Part shown: one piece after another, positions 23,830 to 35,843 of the stretch
Position numbering within the stretch: position 1 is the first letter of the stretch
Layout: each line of letters starts with the position of its first letter
NCBI GenBank assembly: GCA_020137815.1
Contig: CM035354.1
Span: 1,798,001 to 1,862,000, forward strand
Source of the DNA: Hormiphora californensis
Taxonomy: Eukaryota; Animalia; Ctenophora
Reading direction: 5' to 3'
DNA length: 64,000 nucleotides
Position numbers and translations under genes: made by a program
The notes under the pieces: model-generated
Databases searched by the model: none
Told to the model about the DNA's origin: nothing
Seen by the model: the letters and a program-made list of their open reading frames with translations, nothing else

Positions 23830-25718
23830 CTAGGCTAGTTTAAGCTTTTTAGTAGCCAGCTCTTGCTCAGGATCAGTTTTTATCTCCCGTTTACAACTAA
23901 CCTCAGTCTTAACCATGTCACCCTCATAGAACGCAAACAACTCATCATTACCGAGCGGTCTAATGGATACAGGAGTTATGTGTCGTCTGGGGAGTTTAAA
24001 AGTTTTGCCAGCCGGGTAAACTGAGCTGTCGTGTCGTGGCATCCCAGAAACCAGATACCAAACATCACTCTGAAAGAGAGTTGGTAGATGTCAGTGGAGC
24101 AGAAACCGACCGATACAAGTAAACAACCAATAAGAACTCAGTATTTAGGTCACGTGACTGGTTATTAGCCAATCAGGGACCAGTATTTCCTGATTCGGTC
24201 GGTTCCTGCAGTGGAGCATACTTTCCTAATTGTTCTAACCCTCCTTTACAAATATATTTGTAGGGCGTTGTCGAGGGTCGAGCAAAGCAAGCAGGTAAGG
24301 TATCTTAATGAGCCTCATTATAATGAGCAATGCGGGGGTATACATTATGTATAGGTTAAAACATTATGTAACACATATAGGTTAAAACATTATGTAACAC
24401 ATATAGGTTAAAACATTATGTAACACATATAGTTAACATACACATATAATAGTTACATATTGTATCGTATTAATACACATACCTTGTAAAGCCGTTGAAA
24501 TATTTTAACTGCGGGATGGTTGTGTTCGTCTTCAATTCCAATTAACCCCGTATTGATCTCCTCACTCCCTCGTATCACTTCCCAATCATCCGGAGATAAC
24601 CCGAAAAACACCTCCACAAGATCTGTCTTACTGAGGTGCAGTGTAGCCGCAGCAGAGCCATCACAAACAGCCACCTTGCAGTAAACTTTGCCACCCTTTT
24701 TAATTGTCAGTGCCACTATTACATCCAACCTAATGACAACATTGACATGCTGATAATTGGAAGTGTTTTCTGGGAGTGTGTAGACGAGAGATCGGAGGGA
24801 GACCGTTGCTCGTTGTTCATCTTCCCGAAGTGAGAGGTAGATTAGGGTGGTGAAGGATGTGGGTGTCAGGAGAACGGTAGCCTTCCCACTTTCCTCGCAG
24901 GTCCGCACGTGCAGATTCCCCACTTCAAACTGTGCCCCAGCCACAAAATATTTCGGTAGGAGCGAGTTGACGGCCACTCTCACCAGCTGAATGTTGTTTT
25001 TCTCGTCCCTGAATTGTAGAATTGTAAAATTCTCCAGCGGCTCCACAGATAGCAACCATACCCTAATTTTTGATAGTGACGTCACTTCACCCTTCAACAT
25101 TTCCACAAAACTAGGCCCTTGGAAGTTCCCGGGTTTAGGTAACAAACTATCAGCCCGGATCTTGATCTCGCTCCTCTCCCAAACCTCGCAATTATCAATA
25201 TCCAGGTGAGATTTATGGTGTGGGCGGGTGAGTTTCAAAACACCGTTAACCGGCTTTAACGGGACCTTAAACCACAACCGGTAATATTTGCCCGGCCTAA
25301 TAAAATGGAACCATTTTGTATCAAAGTACACAGTACAATCCCTACCGCCCTCAACAATAGCCGTAACCGAAAACTCTCCCGACCGGAACATGTGACATTT
25401 CTCGGTTACAAACACATCGTAACTGCTGCACCTCCTTCTTTTGCGTTTCCGATCCTCCAGACTCACTGTGAGCACCTCTGTACACGTCTCTTCACATACT
25501 ACAGCACATGTTCCATAGACTAGTGATGGCACGGTTATCTGGTAGGTAGTTGATGGTTTTAGTAGGATGTGTCCCAGCGGTACCAGCTCAATCTTTCCAG
25601 AGAGATCGTAGAGGCACACTTTGGAGGGAGAGTTAGAGCAGATCCGGCCCTGGATGGTTCCCTGGCCCAGTTTTAGGAGCTCAGATATGGGTATGGTATC
25701 CTCAGCGTCGTGTGACAT
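23830..25718 (-). CDS. Short CTC1-like OB-fold protein (~490 aa; exons 25718-24483, 24069-23830)
   Basis: KVAVCDGSAAATLHL..VEVFFGLSPDDW resembles the C-terminal OB fold of CTC1 (LLVEDGTAEAVV...LGLCPREW); in-phase GT-AG intron. Confidence 0.5.
24100..24208. mobile_element. hAT-like MITE in an intron
   Basis: TIRs CAGAAACCGACCGA / TCGGTCGGTTCCTG; 8-bp TSD CAGTGGAG at 24092-24099 and 24209-24216. Confidence 0.88.
24342..24432. repeat. 26-bp intronic minisatellite, ~3 copies
   Basis: acattatgtaacacatataggttaaa repeated. Confidence 0.85.
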
Positions 25719-26184
25719 TTAACAGCTATAACAAGGGAAAGATGGGAGTTAGTAATGGGATTGGTAATGGGATTGAGATGAGAGAGAATTGGGGGATAGG
25801 AGGAAAGGGGAAACGGGGGATATTGAAACACGATTAATAAATTGGAAGAAAAAAATAATTTATTGGGGATAATAAAAACTAGTGTATAACAATTGTGATA
25901 CAAAAATATTTGGTGAAAACACACACGCTTGTAACAGTTCTCTCTCTCTCTCTCTCTTTCTCTCGCTCTCTAGCTCTCTTGTATTAAAGTTACATAAGAA
26001 TAGTAATAGACACAAATAAAAATGGTAATAATTTACAATTGAAAAAATATGATTAATCTATGGTATACAGTGAAAAAAAGGTTTAAAACAATAACTTTGT
26101 GTTTTGAACTACAACACACACACAAACATAGATTATATAATAGACGTCTTGTTGGTTAAATAGAATAAGCAATTCTCTACTCTT

Positions 26185-29100
26185 TTACACAAAATGAGAT
26201 CGTAATTTGAGAAACTGCAGTCCTTCTCTCACTCCCTCTTCCCTCTCCTCATCTTTTGTTTTCAGCTTAATAACAGGTGCAAAAGATGGCCTGCCATGGG
26301 CACACTGAAAAGGAAGATCACACACAGCCAACTGGGATAACAAAGCCTGACACTGACCTAAAGAGAGGCTATCTCCGAACCTGATAGCCCCATGACATGC
26401 TCTAGAGTGTAGGTACTCAGTGAGCCGGTGTGGTAGGGAGAGGTTGCTGCCCCTGGAATCCCTAATCTGCTCCACACCTTCTCTAAACGCAGCGGTTAGA
26501 ACGTCTATGGAGATATTGATGTCACCGGAATCCGTGAAACAGATCGTTGGGATCTCAGTGAGATGGACTTCAGAATCTTTAACTTCCACCACAAACCCTA
26601 GCTTACCCAGGCTATCCCGTACTTGGGAGACAAAATGCCGATCAGCTCTGGACATTCCACTCACAACAACTGGACTCCCGAGTTTCGTCATGGCAACCCC
26701 ACTTCCGACACTCCCTGGATCTTTGTACAGGACAGCCAGCATGCACTCTAACCGGACTCTCTCGTGAGCTGCATGTTGGTCAACCATGACTACCATGCCA
26801 TCACTCGTTACACAACCAATAAACTTGCTATCAATCTGACCTGTCACCCTCAGATTATTGAAAACATCCTTTGTGAACTTGTGGGCATCAATCAGGAACT
26901 TCATGTTGTAACGGGGTTTCCGGGCATCAACCGCACTTTCACCCCGTGTCTCAACTATCTCACTCCGCCACTTTCGGAGGTCAAGTCCCGTGCTCTCCGT
27001 CGGTCCCCCTCGGCGACGAGGAAGGGTGATTTTAGGTTTGTTCCAAGCGGTACAGTCCGCGGTGATGTGAGACGCAGCAGCCACTGGTGATGCGATCTGG
27101 TAGGTTGGTTGCTGTGGTAACTGATTCCAGGGTTGCATGGTGGGTGTTGATAGGTCTAACCTTTTCTTGACCTGCTGTGTGCTACATTCATAACAGCCTC
27201 CTGAATACGCGAAATCCTCAAGGTTCTCTGCAGCGGTGGTAACCGTCTCAACCTCAGTCTCAACTAACGCACCGATTGAAATCTCGGTGTCACTCAGCAT
27301 CGCATCTTGTGAATCACCCGGAAGATGTACAGTAGGAGTTCCCCGGGGTGGGAGTTTAGGGGTGGTTGGAGTGGACTGGGCAATGAAGGTGGGAGTAGGC
27401 ACAAGTGTTTCACCCTCTACCTTACTCAGACAATGATCGTGACGTTGTTTATCATCTCCAGTACCTACTGGAAACCTCTCCTGAAGTTGGGTAAAATGGA
27501 CGGGCGAGCAGGCCATATCCGTTGTGAACCGCCTGACGGGGCTAATGACTGGGCTCCGTTCTAGAACTGGGGTTGGGGGAACGAAACTGTCATCAAGCGG
27601 TATTGTGTTGATAACCTGATTGGGGGTATCAGGAACAACACCATGGTCCTCAGCAACAGTGAACCGTCGCCTAGCAACCAAAGGTGATTTGTCTGGGGAG
27701 AATGTGATATGTCTGCTACCCGTTCCAGTTGTCTCATAACCAGAGTCCTTTGCTTTTCGGATGGGTGATATTTTAAGAAATGGTTCGTTGCTAAACAGTT
27801 CCTCTTCCTCGTCATCTAGGACGGTCTTTTTTGGTTCGAACACGGGCTCAGGACACCAGTCTCGCTTTCGCTTGTTTCTGGACTGCCTTCGATTTGTTGT
27901 GAACTCGGTTATTGGTGACAAGTCAGGGTTTGGTAGCAGTTTAACGTTAGCAGGGAACAGGGGAGTTGAACACATCTGAATCAGCAGACTTTCGTTTTTC
28001 TCTTTGGCAGGAAACTCAAGGACAGCCCCTTTCTCCTTTCTTTTCATATCCAACCGTTTTTTAGCAGAATGAAGATGATTGAGAACAGGAGCATTTTGGA
28101 GGCTCCGTCGCTCTCCTGAAGATGGTGATTTTGGGGGAGGTGTCGTGAAGTGGTCCTCATCTTCCAACGACATCGTATGAGGGGGAGTTTTAGTCGGAGT
28201 GGGATCGCGATGGCTGTAAGGTGGTGCAATGACTGGTAGAGATGAGACGAAGTCATCTTCGAAAATGTCCAAGGGTGGCAGGTAGATGGGAGAGAGGGTC
28301 TCTCTTGCCAAGTTAGACTGTTTTGTACAAAACAAGGTCTCTCGTTGTCGGACAGCAGCAGCAGCAGGGGGAGTGAGGTTTACGACAGGGGTATCTGGTT
28401 TTGTTATATGGCTTATCTCGGGTTGACGGAAGGATGGTGGGGTAGTTGGATTAAAATCTGCTAATTTACCAAAATCCTGTTCAGGAATGTCTGTAGGTTG
28501 TTGAACTGCCCTTCGGCGGGCTCGTTCAGATCGCACATTATTTGGAGGGCTAGGAGCATTCCTCAGCCGTGTCCGGAGTGATGCCTGCGGAGAGGAGATC
28601 ATAGATGATTGGATGAGTTCCTCCTGGCTTAGGGACAAGGACATTCCTTCCGACTCAAGAAACGAGGCAATGGTCTGGTAGACAAGCGTACAAACGGTAT
28701 TCCAATCTGTGAACTCTGTAAAGGTGTTTGAGTCAAAGCACATGTCAACGAGGACCGGTTTACAAGTTAGGAACATGGCAAATACCGGAAACTTATTCTC
28801 CTGATTCCTCTTATCTTTCTCCGCTGAGAGGATCAAATCGTTGACAAACGTCTGCAGCCAATGATTAACAATCGGGCGACGGTTAACAAATAACACCTGG
28901 AAAACTCTGCCATCCGTCTCCGTGGAAACAAGCCCAGAGAGTTTGTAGCTTTTGAACTCTCCCTTCACCTCCCTAAAAGTTTCCCACTCATGGCGACATT
29001 GACAGAAAATCAGGAATGAATCCAAGGCCGTGGGAGAGGACACTGTTTGGAGTAGTTTCGTGCCCGTTGTTACATCTTTCAGTGTCATAACAAGGGACGG

Positions 29101-29931
29101 GTTAGCGAGGGATATCTTCAATAGTTCATCTCTCGCATCCTGCAAATCCATCACAGACAGAGAGGTTGCTCGAACGGGGATGGCGGCAAACAAGCCCGAT
29201 AAGGACACAGTTGTACCAGGGGAGGGCCGACTTCTGATCCCCTCCACCATCATTTCTCCCTGGCCACCATTTTGGAAGATTTTACAACGTGTCTTGGAGT
29301 ATCGGCGGGAGGTGATTGAAACTTTGGAACACAACTTGGTGACGAAGTAGAGACAGCCTCGTTTCGTACCATAAACCCTTCGAGAGACTTTTCTGCTGTT
29401 ACCCGGTCCTTTCTCGCATAACTCAGCAAGATTCTGTACACCCACACCGTTATCAACAACCTGAAAAACATGTCAGTCATACCAACGTGTTTCTATTTGT
29501 TGTATGTCAGTCATACACAAAAGCAGTGGATACTTTTGAGTTGTCAGCCGACACTAAAAAGTGATTTGGGTAGTTCTAAATAATAATCCACGAACCTCGA
29601 GACGGGTTTCTTTTCCAAGGGCCACTCTCACAGCAATACTGGTAGCGTTATTGTCAATACTGTTGTAAACTAATTCCTGGAAAAATTGTTAATATTCAGC
29701 TAATAAAGTTGATAAGGAACAGCTGCATTCTTGAAAAAAACAATACATTGGATGTAGATTTACGACAAGGTTTCAAGAGATTGCAATTTGAAGAGTGAAT
29801 GAGATGAATGCATGCCAATTGTTACTCTATCTTGTACTCTTCTCCCATATAAATATCTTTCTTGTTCTCCAGAGCTTTCTAATATCCTTGTCTGTTGCTG
29901 CTCACTCTCTCTCACTCTCTCACTCTCACTC

Positions 29932-30017
<86 letters not shown>

Positions 30018-30128
30018 TCTCCTTCTTACCCTAATGAGAATTGCAAGCGAAGGGATCGAGACAGAGGCTCGCAGCAGGATCTCTGTCTCCCTCTCAAGTT
30101 CTTTTATTTGTCGTCCTTTGGTAACCAT
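26185..30128 (-). CDS. MLH3: MutL homologue 3 (exons 30128-30030, 29676-29596, 29460-26185)
   Basis: IKELERETEILLRAS..|ELVYNSID..|VVDNGVG; endonuclease motifs DQHAAHERVRLE, ACHGAIRFGD and PFQCAHGRP. Confidence 0.92.
29902..30020. repeat. (CT)n microsatellite in MLH3 intron 1
   Basis: Read directly from the sequence. Confidence 0.95.
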
Positions 30129-30323
30129 TGTGTAACATTAATGGTGTGCGCTAAATAATGGGGAAAATGGTTAGGAATTAAATTGTAGACAGCCTGAGAG
30201 GTACAGGTATGATGAAGATATACTCAGAAGAAAAGATAGTTGACCGAAAAAGGTCTCAAAACTTTCAAACAATAACTTAAACAAAACGATATATGATCTC
30301 AAACAATCCAACATTCAACAATT

Positions 30324-31308
30324 CTATCTGTTGTAGGTCTGTGGTTTACCCTGGGTTTTCTCACAGGCCGTTATGATAGCATCCATCACTGTCCCCTTGA
30401 ACCCAGCTCTGTTGAGAGTGTAGACACCCTCAATCGTGGTCCCCCCAGGAGAACAAACATTGTTAGCCAGTTGGATGGGATGGTCACCTCCCTCCAGGAC
30501 CATCTTGGCAGATCCCTCCATGGTCTTAGCTGCCAGATTCTGGGCAACACCCCGAGGTAAACCCATCCTGACACCTGCATCCGCCATCGCGTCAACCATC
30601 ATGAAAAGGAAAGCAGGTGAGCTGCCACAGAGCCCACTGGCAACATCGATCAGAGGTTCCGAGGGGAGAATGGAGAAGAGGCCGAGGGGAGACATTAGTT
30701 TGGTACAGAGGTCAGATTGGGCCGGGGTACAGTATGTTCCAGGGTAGGCCACTACCACACCAGACCGGACCTTACAGGGGGTATTGGGCAGGGTCCTCAT
30801 TACTCCAACCTTCTTACCTGGTGAGAGGATCATGATAAACAGCTGATGGAAAATGAACATAATTCAATACTCAACTAAAAAGAAAATTATAATAGTTGTA
30901 TTGTGCACTCACATCACACAGACAATTGACAGTACAATACAAATGAATTTTGACATGATACCACAGTGTTACACACTCACCTACAATGTCCTCGATTTGT
31001 TTGTTTGTTACCATGTTAGCAACAGATATCAACAGATGCTCCTCCGTAACAAACTCCGCAACTTCTTTTAGTACCCCGGGAAGAATGTGAGGCTTCACGG
31101 CAATGAACACCACTGTACTGCTCCTAACGACCTCACAATTATCAAGTGTTGTGTTCATACACATGGCTTTAGCGGCAGCCAGGCCACCCTCGCTCCTCGC
31201 ACTACATGTTATGTTGGAGGCAGGGAGGGTTCCTGATGCGATAAGTCCACCTGCTACGGCCTGGCACATGTTGCCCGAACCCAGGAATCCTACACGCAGA
31301 CCCTCCAT
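30324..31308 (-). CDS. PYCR: Pyrroline-5-carboxylate reductase (exons 31308-30981, 30817-30324)
   Basis: VGFLGSGNM, AVKP, RTLPNTP, GSSPAF, VCSPGGTTI. Confidence 0.95.
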
Positions 31309-31346
31309 GCTGGGTAAAAGGTGAGTTGGGAGGAAACGCAGTTTAA

Positions 31347-31798
31347 AGGTTGACAAGATATCTAAAACTTTTCGTATATCGTCTTATTTTGATTTATCAT
31401 TAATTTACAGCATTTTTTCAGAATTTTTTGTCGGCTAGAAAAAAATTCGAAATAGGGGGTATACCGATATTGTCAGCACTGGTTTTACTGGGCACACTCA
31501 CTGCGTCTCGCAAATTGAAATTCACGTTTCCGGTTCCTCAAAAAAGATAGCTACTTGATATTGGTTGCGTTGGATTGGTCTCAATAAGACCTTTCCAATG
31601 CTACCAAAACGGTTTCTGTATCTCATCAGGAACCGGAGATATTACGGTGCCAATTTTTAAATTGCGCCTCTCGTTTATCAGTAGACCCCCTATTTTGCAC
31701 ATATTTCTAGCCGACAAAAAATTCTGAAAAAATGCTGAAAATCAATGATAAATCAAAATAAGACGATATACGAAAAGTTTTAGGTATCTTGTCAACCT
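31347..31798. mobile_element. TTAA-TSD MITE, Kolobok-like
   Basis: TTAA|AGGTTGACAAGATA ... TATCTTGTCAACCT|TTAA; ~95-bp TIRs. Confidence 0.9.
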
Positions 31799-32045
31799 TT
31801 AAGACTCTTTGGAAGCGATTAATTAAGTGATTAATAAGCTTCAAACATATATTTTCGACAATAAATTAGTCACAAAACGATCCAAAAATAAACACGTGTT
31901 ATTGTGCACATTGCGCACACATGTGTACAGACTCGGCTGTGTGCCAAATACTTCAACCTAAATAACCTTGTGTCAATGTCCTATCGAAAAGATCAGAGTT
32001 GTCATAACTAGCAAAAATTCCAAAATCATAATTGAACCTAAACTT

Positions 32046-32049
<4 letters not shown>

Positions 32050-32098
<49 letters not shown>

Positions 32099-32114
32099 GT
32101 GAGAGAGAGAGAGT

Positions 32115-32145
<31 letters not shown>

Positions 32146-32157
32146 AGAGAGAGAGAG
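32050..32157. repeat. (AG)n microsatellite
   Basis: Read directly from the sequence. Confidence 0.95.
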
Positions 32158-32189
32158 CTCACTACTCAGAATGAGAGAGAATGATTCTC

Positions 32190-33103
32190 TCACGAATTCC
32201 TCTCGAAATATGCCAAACTAACGACCGATTTCTCGTGTCCACTATACGCCCTACAAAACTTGACAGTACCGTCACTGATATTATCCTTCCTACTCCACAT
32301 CTGGACGACGCCCTCACTAGCAGAAATGAAAATGTGTTCTTTGTCATGTGATATCTGAAGGTTCCAAACCCATTTGAGGTGTTTGTGTCGAATTACCCCC
32401 GCCTCCCGGAGACTCAGCCCATCGATAGTGAACAACCGAACTGTTTTATCTGCACCGCCCGTGGCTAGCAACAGGCCATCGTGAGACAACTGAACACACA
32501 GGCCAAACCCATCGTGTACCTTCCGTTCAATCCAGTCTTTATCGCGGAAATACAAGAGCATGCCAGTAGTTGTCAGGGCAACTAAAATGTAGTTATCTCG
32601 AGACCCCTGGCAATCCAAACTCTGAAAACTGAGTCCCTTCCGGCTAAGGAGAACGGTCTTTTTCTGTTCCTTGAGATTGAGTCCTAGAATATAACCCTGG
32701 TTTGTGCCCGCCACTACTGTGAATCTTGGGTGTTTCGTCGTCAGGCAGTTGATCACACCATACTCTTCACATTTTACTTCGCTCGCTATTTTCAGGTTTT
32801 TATTCTTGAAATGCCACAATCGGCACACTGAATCTTCACCAGCTGAGAGAGAGGGATTGGGAGAATTACAGATTCTACAAATCTTGCAAGATCTCTTTAA
32901 CTTTTGTTCTCATTACTGATTACTCGATCGACCACAATTAATTTACAGCGGTTTTTCCTACCTGTTATAACGCTATCTGATTCTGTACTGCAGCTTACCA
33001 CTTCATCTCCTGAAAAATATTGAAATTGTAAAAAAAAGTTGCACAATCAATGTTCTACTTGTCAGTATGTCGAGTATGTGTCAGAGATAGGATTTTAGAG
33101 AGA

Positions 33104-33167
<64 letters not shown>

Positions 33168-34499
33168 GTGAGTGAGAGAGAGAGAGAGTACCTGCTAGTA
33201 TGTTATCTGATTCAGTTGTATCTGACTCTGCTGCACTCATAAAACTAACACAGGTTATGTTCCTAACACACTCTGCAGGATCGAAAAACATGGCGTATCT
33301 GAAATAAAATATTACTGGTAGACAAGGAAAACACGAAATATGTTGGTTATAAATTAACCGTAGCTTTCAAATACTCTGGGGTATTCTTCATCAGCGGAGT
33401 GAAATCATCAGCGGAATAAAACTATTGGGGGCGAATCTCTCACAAAAGAAGTGATTGACTCACTAACGTTAGGGTGTGGCCCAATATAACTAGATAGTCC
33501 TACCTAGGTTTTATTGGGCCACACGGTATTTAGTGTGATCAGATGTGAAGGACAATCAAAACTCTCAATGTGTCCCAATCTGGAAGACTTCCAGACGGGG
33601 GTGGCGTGCGAAACAGAGTATAGCTAGGCAATTCCAGACAGGGTATCCGCGACTTAGTGATTAGTGAAGTAGTGAGGGTCATCATGTGCTGGAATTAGTG
33701 CCGAATCTAATTCAGGGGCTACTGCTCAGCTGTTTCAGGTCTGAGATGAAATGTTGGGGGGTAATATATTCAAGTGGACATCACAGTACCTTAGATAGAG
33801 GATTATTCGAGTGAACATCATAGAATCGAAGTGTTTCGTATCCTGTCACAGCCAACATACGTCCATCACTGGAAAACCGGAGTGCATTCACCTGGGAGGA
33901 ACATTTTTATCTACCGAACCCTCACAGAGCACACACAAGGGCCTGTGTAGCCCACACCGTCATTTTTATTCATTGCAAGGAAAAGCCCAAGGAAAATTTA
34001 CAAACAACTTCCCATAATTTACAGGGTTCCATATCAGTGCTGTGTGTGTGTGTGTGTGACAGCTCAGTGCAATCATTCTTCTTGTATGTATTCATTTTTT
34101 ACATTACATTACGTGTGCATCTGTATTCTATACACAAATATGACGTCATGATCTGTGTACCTGTGACATCATGTGTAGCTGTGACGTCATGTGTACTTGT
34201 GACGTCATGTGTACTTGTGACGTCATGTGTACCTGTGACGTCATGTTTACCTGTGACGTCATGTGTACCTGTGACGTCATGTGTACCTATGAGGTCATGT
34301 GTACCTGTGAACTAGTCGGATCCAACTCATACTCCCTATACTTGTCACCGGTAGCCGGGAACCACACGTAAATCTTGTTATCCAGGCCCGCGCTGGCAAG
34401 GAGAGATCTCTCTGTTCTAGTTGGGTCAGTATCGTATTGGTCGTGATGATACGCTGTGTGGTCGGGCTTATCCTGGTGGGCGTAGCTTCTATTTACCAT
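32190..34499 (-). CDS. Divergent LST8/GbL-like WD40 protein (exons approx. 34499-34305, 33891-33790, 33298-33192, 33009-32962, 32842-32190; one phase mismatch unresolved)
   Basis: LLASAGLDNKIYVW..SQ|VNALRFSSDG..; LLLATGGADKTVRLF; HLKWVWNLQIS; RAYSGHEKSVVSLAY follow the LST8 motif order. Confidence 0.75.
33097..33188. repeat. (AG)n microsatellite in an LST8-like intron
   Basis: Read directly from the sequence. Confidence 0.95.
33358..33397 (-). ncRNA. Minimal type I hammerhead ribozyme motif
   Basis: ccg-CUGAUGA-a-gaauac(cccaga)guauuu-GAAA-gc-UA-cgg: stems I and II pair; palindromic AGCU as stem III. Confidence 0.65.
34141..34310. repeat. 18-bp minisatellite (~9 copies) containing the exon-1 donor of the LST8-like gene
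   Basis: Unit tgtgacgtcatgtgtacc reads cacag|gtacacatgacgt on the minus strand. Confidence 0.9.
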
Positions 34500-34768
34500 A
34501 CTGCGGGAGTGGGTCAGGGAGAAGGGAACTGGTATTGTGAAGAAAGAGGTCAGGAGGAGGACAGGAAGATATCAGGGAAAATTCAGGGAGTAGGAAGAAA
34601 GGAGGGATTAGGGAGAAGGAAGGCCGAGGATAGAGGGTTATAGTGATATATGAAAGAAAGGATAGTAAGACTGTAAAGGACAACTTTCATTTCACACTGT
34701 CCCCAGCACCGTGAATAAATAATGAAATTAAAAACAGACAAACATGCATATAATATCCCATAAAAGTA

Positions 34769-35518
34769 TCACTCTGTTTTCTTCTCTACCCTCTGTCCGT
34801 TACTAAAGAGTGTGTAAAGAATGGCCACTACACCAAACAATACCGCTCCATATGTTGAAATCTTTACCAAATCTAGGTCCGATAGAAGACCAACCGGTAT
34901 TGTGCTACAAACTTTTCCAAGCCCAGTAACTGAGATTTCCTCCCAGCCACACGTCGGTTCCCTGGTAACACCACAGGGTGCCCTTAGCAACCGACATCCT
35001 CTCTCCTCTTCCACCCTCCTTATCGCTCCCTCTAAATCATCCCCTCCACTCTCCATGGTAACCATGGCAACAAAAACTCTGGGAGTAGGAAGGCATGCCT
35101 CTTGATATGGTGTATTACCGGCAGCTTGGTATCTGTGGTGTATTGGTAGGGTGACATGGTGTGTCTGACATAACACCCCTACAAGATGACTCGGTGCCTC
35201 GTCCGCCGACTCTTCTACAGATACAGGACCATCAGCAAACACAGGAGGGAGACCCAGGTAGAGACCCTCTCGGATCTGGTCGAGGTCCAGGTAAAACGCA
35301 GATGTGGTGTTCTCGATCAAAAACGCGGATGGGTATGTGCCTAGTTCGATGTTGGTGGTGAGATCCTTGTGGAAGCCGCTGCTGTCCAGTGATCTGCTGC
35401 CCATTAGGGTTGACGAAGATTTGCAGAGGTCTGTCTGGGATAGTTGGGCGGTCCAGGGATCCCGAACTGCCTGTACCATGATAGATGACAGGGATAGGAG
35501 GATTGTAATAATCATCAT
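34769..35518 (-). CDS. PIGX: GPI mannosyltransferase I subunit PIG-X
   Basis: Signal peptide; GFHKDL; FYLDLDQI; LPIHHRYQ; IPVG followed by a C-terminal TM. Confidence 0.85.
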   Translation of the reverse strand: MMIITILLSLSSIMVQAVRDPWTAQLSQTDLCKSSSTLMGSRSLDSSGFHKDLTTNIELGTYPSAFLIENTTSAFYLDLDQIREGLYLGLPPVFADGPVSVEESADEAPSHLVGVLCQTHHVTLPIHHRYQAAGNTPYQEACLPTPRVFVAMVTMESGGDDLEGAIRRVEEERGCRLLRAPCGVTREPTCGWEEISVTGLGKVCSTIPVGLLSDLDLVKISTYGAVLFGVVAILYTLFSNGQRVEKKTE

Positions 35519-35843
35519 TTTCTAATAAATGGAAAGTGAGTTGGTTTTAGAACGTTTGGCGTCAAACAATATTATCTTAAACAAGACATAAATAAGTTTT
35601 TATATATGACAAACAACAGGAAGCTGCAAGATAGCAAAATAAACTATACACAAAACACTAAAATATATTCTAAATTCTTTATTGGTAGAAGTTTCAAACT
35701 TTCACGGATGACGGAAAAAATTCGCATTTTTCCGGTAGGTACGTCATGTTGATGTCAAGTTCAGCCTGATCTACCCGTGCTTTAGTACCCGTGCGCTACG
35801 TAAAGTGTGCGTCTCATTACGGTAATGCGTTACCGTTTCTCCA

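Noticed and set aside
31600-31632. CUGAUGA...GAAA on the minus strand as a hammerhead
   Set aside because: No stem II can form, and it lies inside a DNA-transposon MITE.
34141-34310. CRISPR-like array (also 10599-10686, 50655-50996, 57228-58273)
   Set aside because: The repeats are head-to-tail with no unique spacers, there are no cas genes, and the context is eukaryotic.
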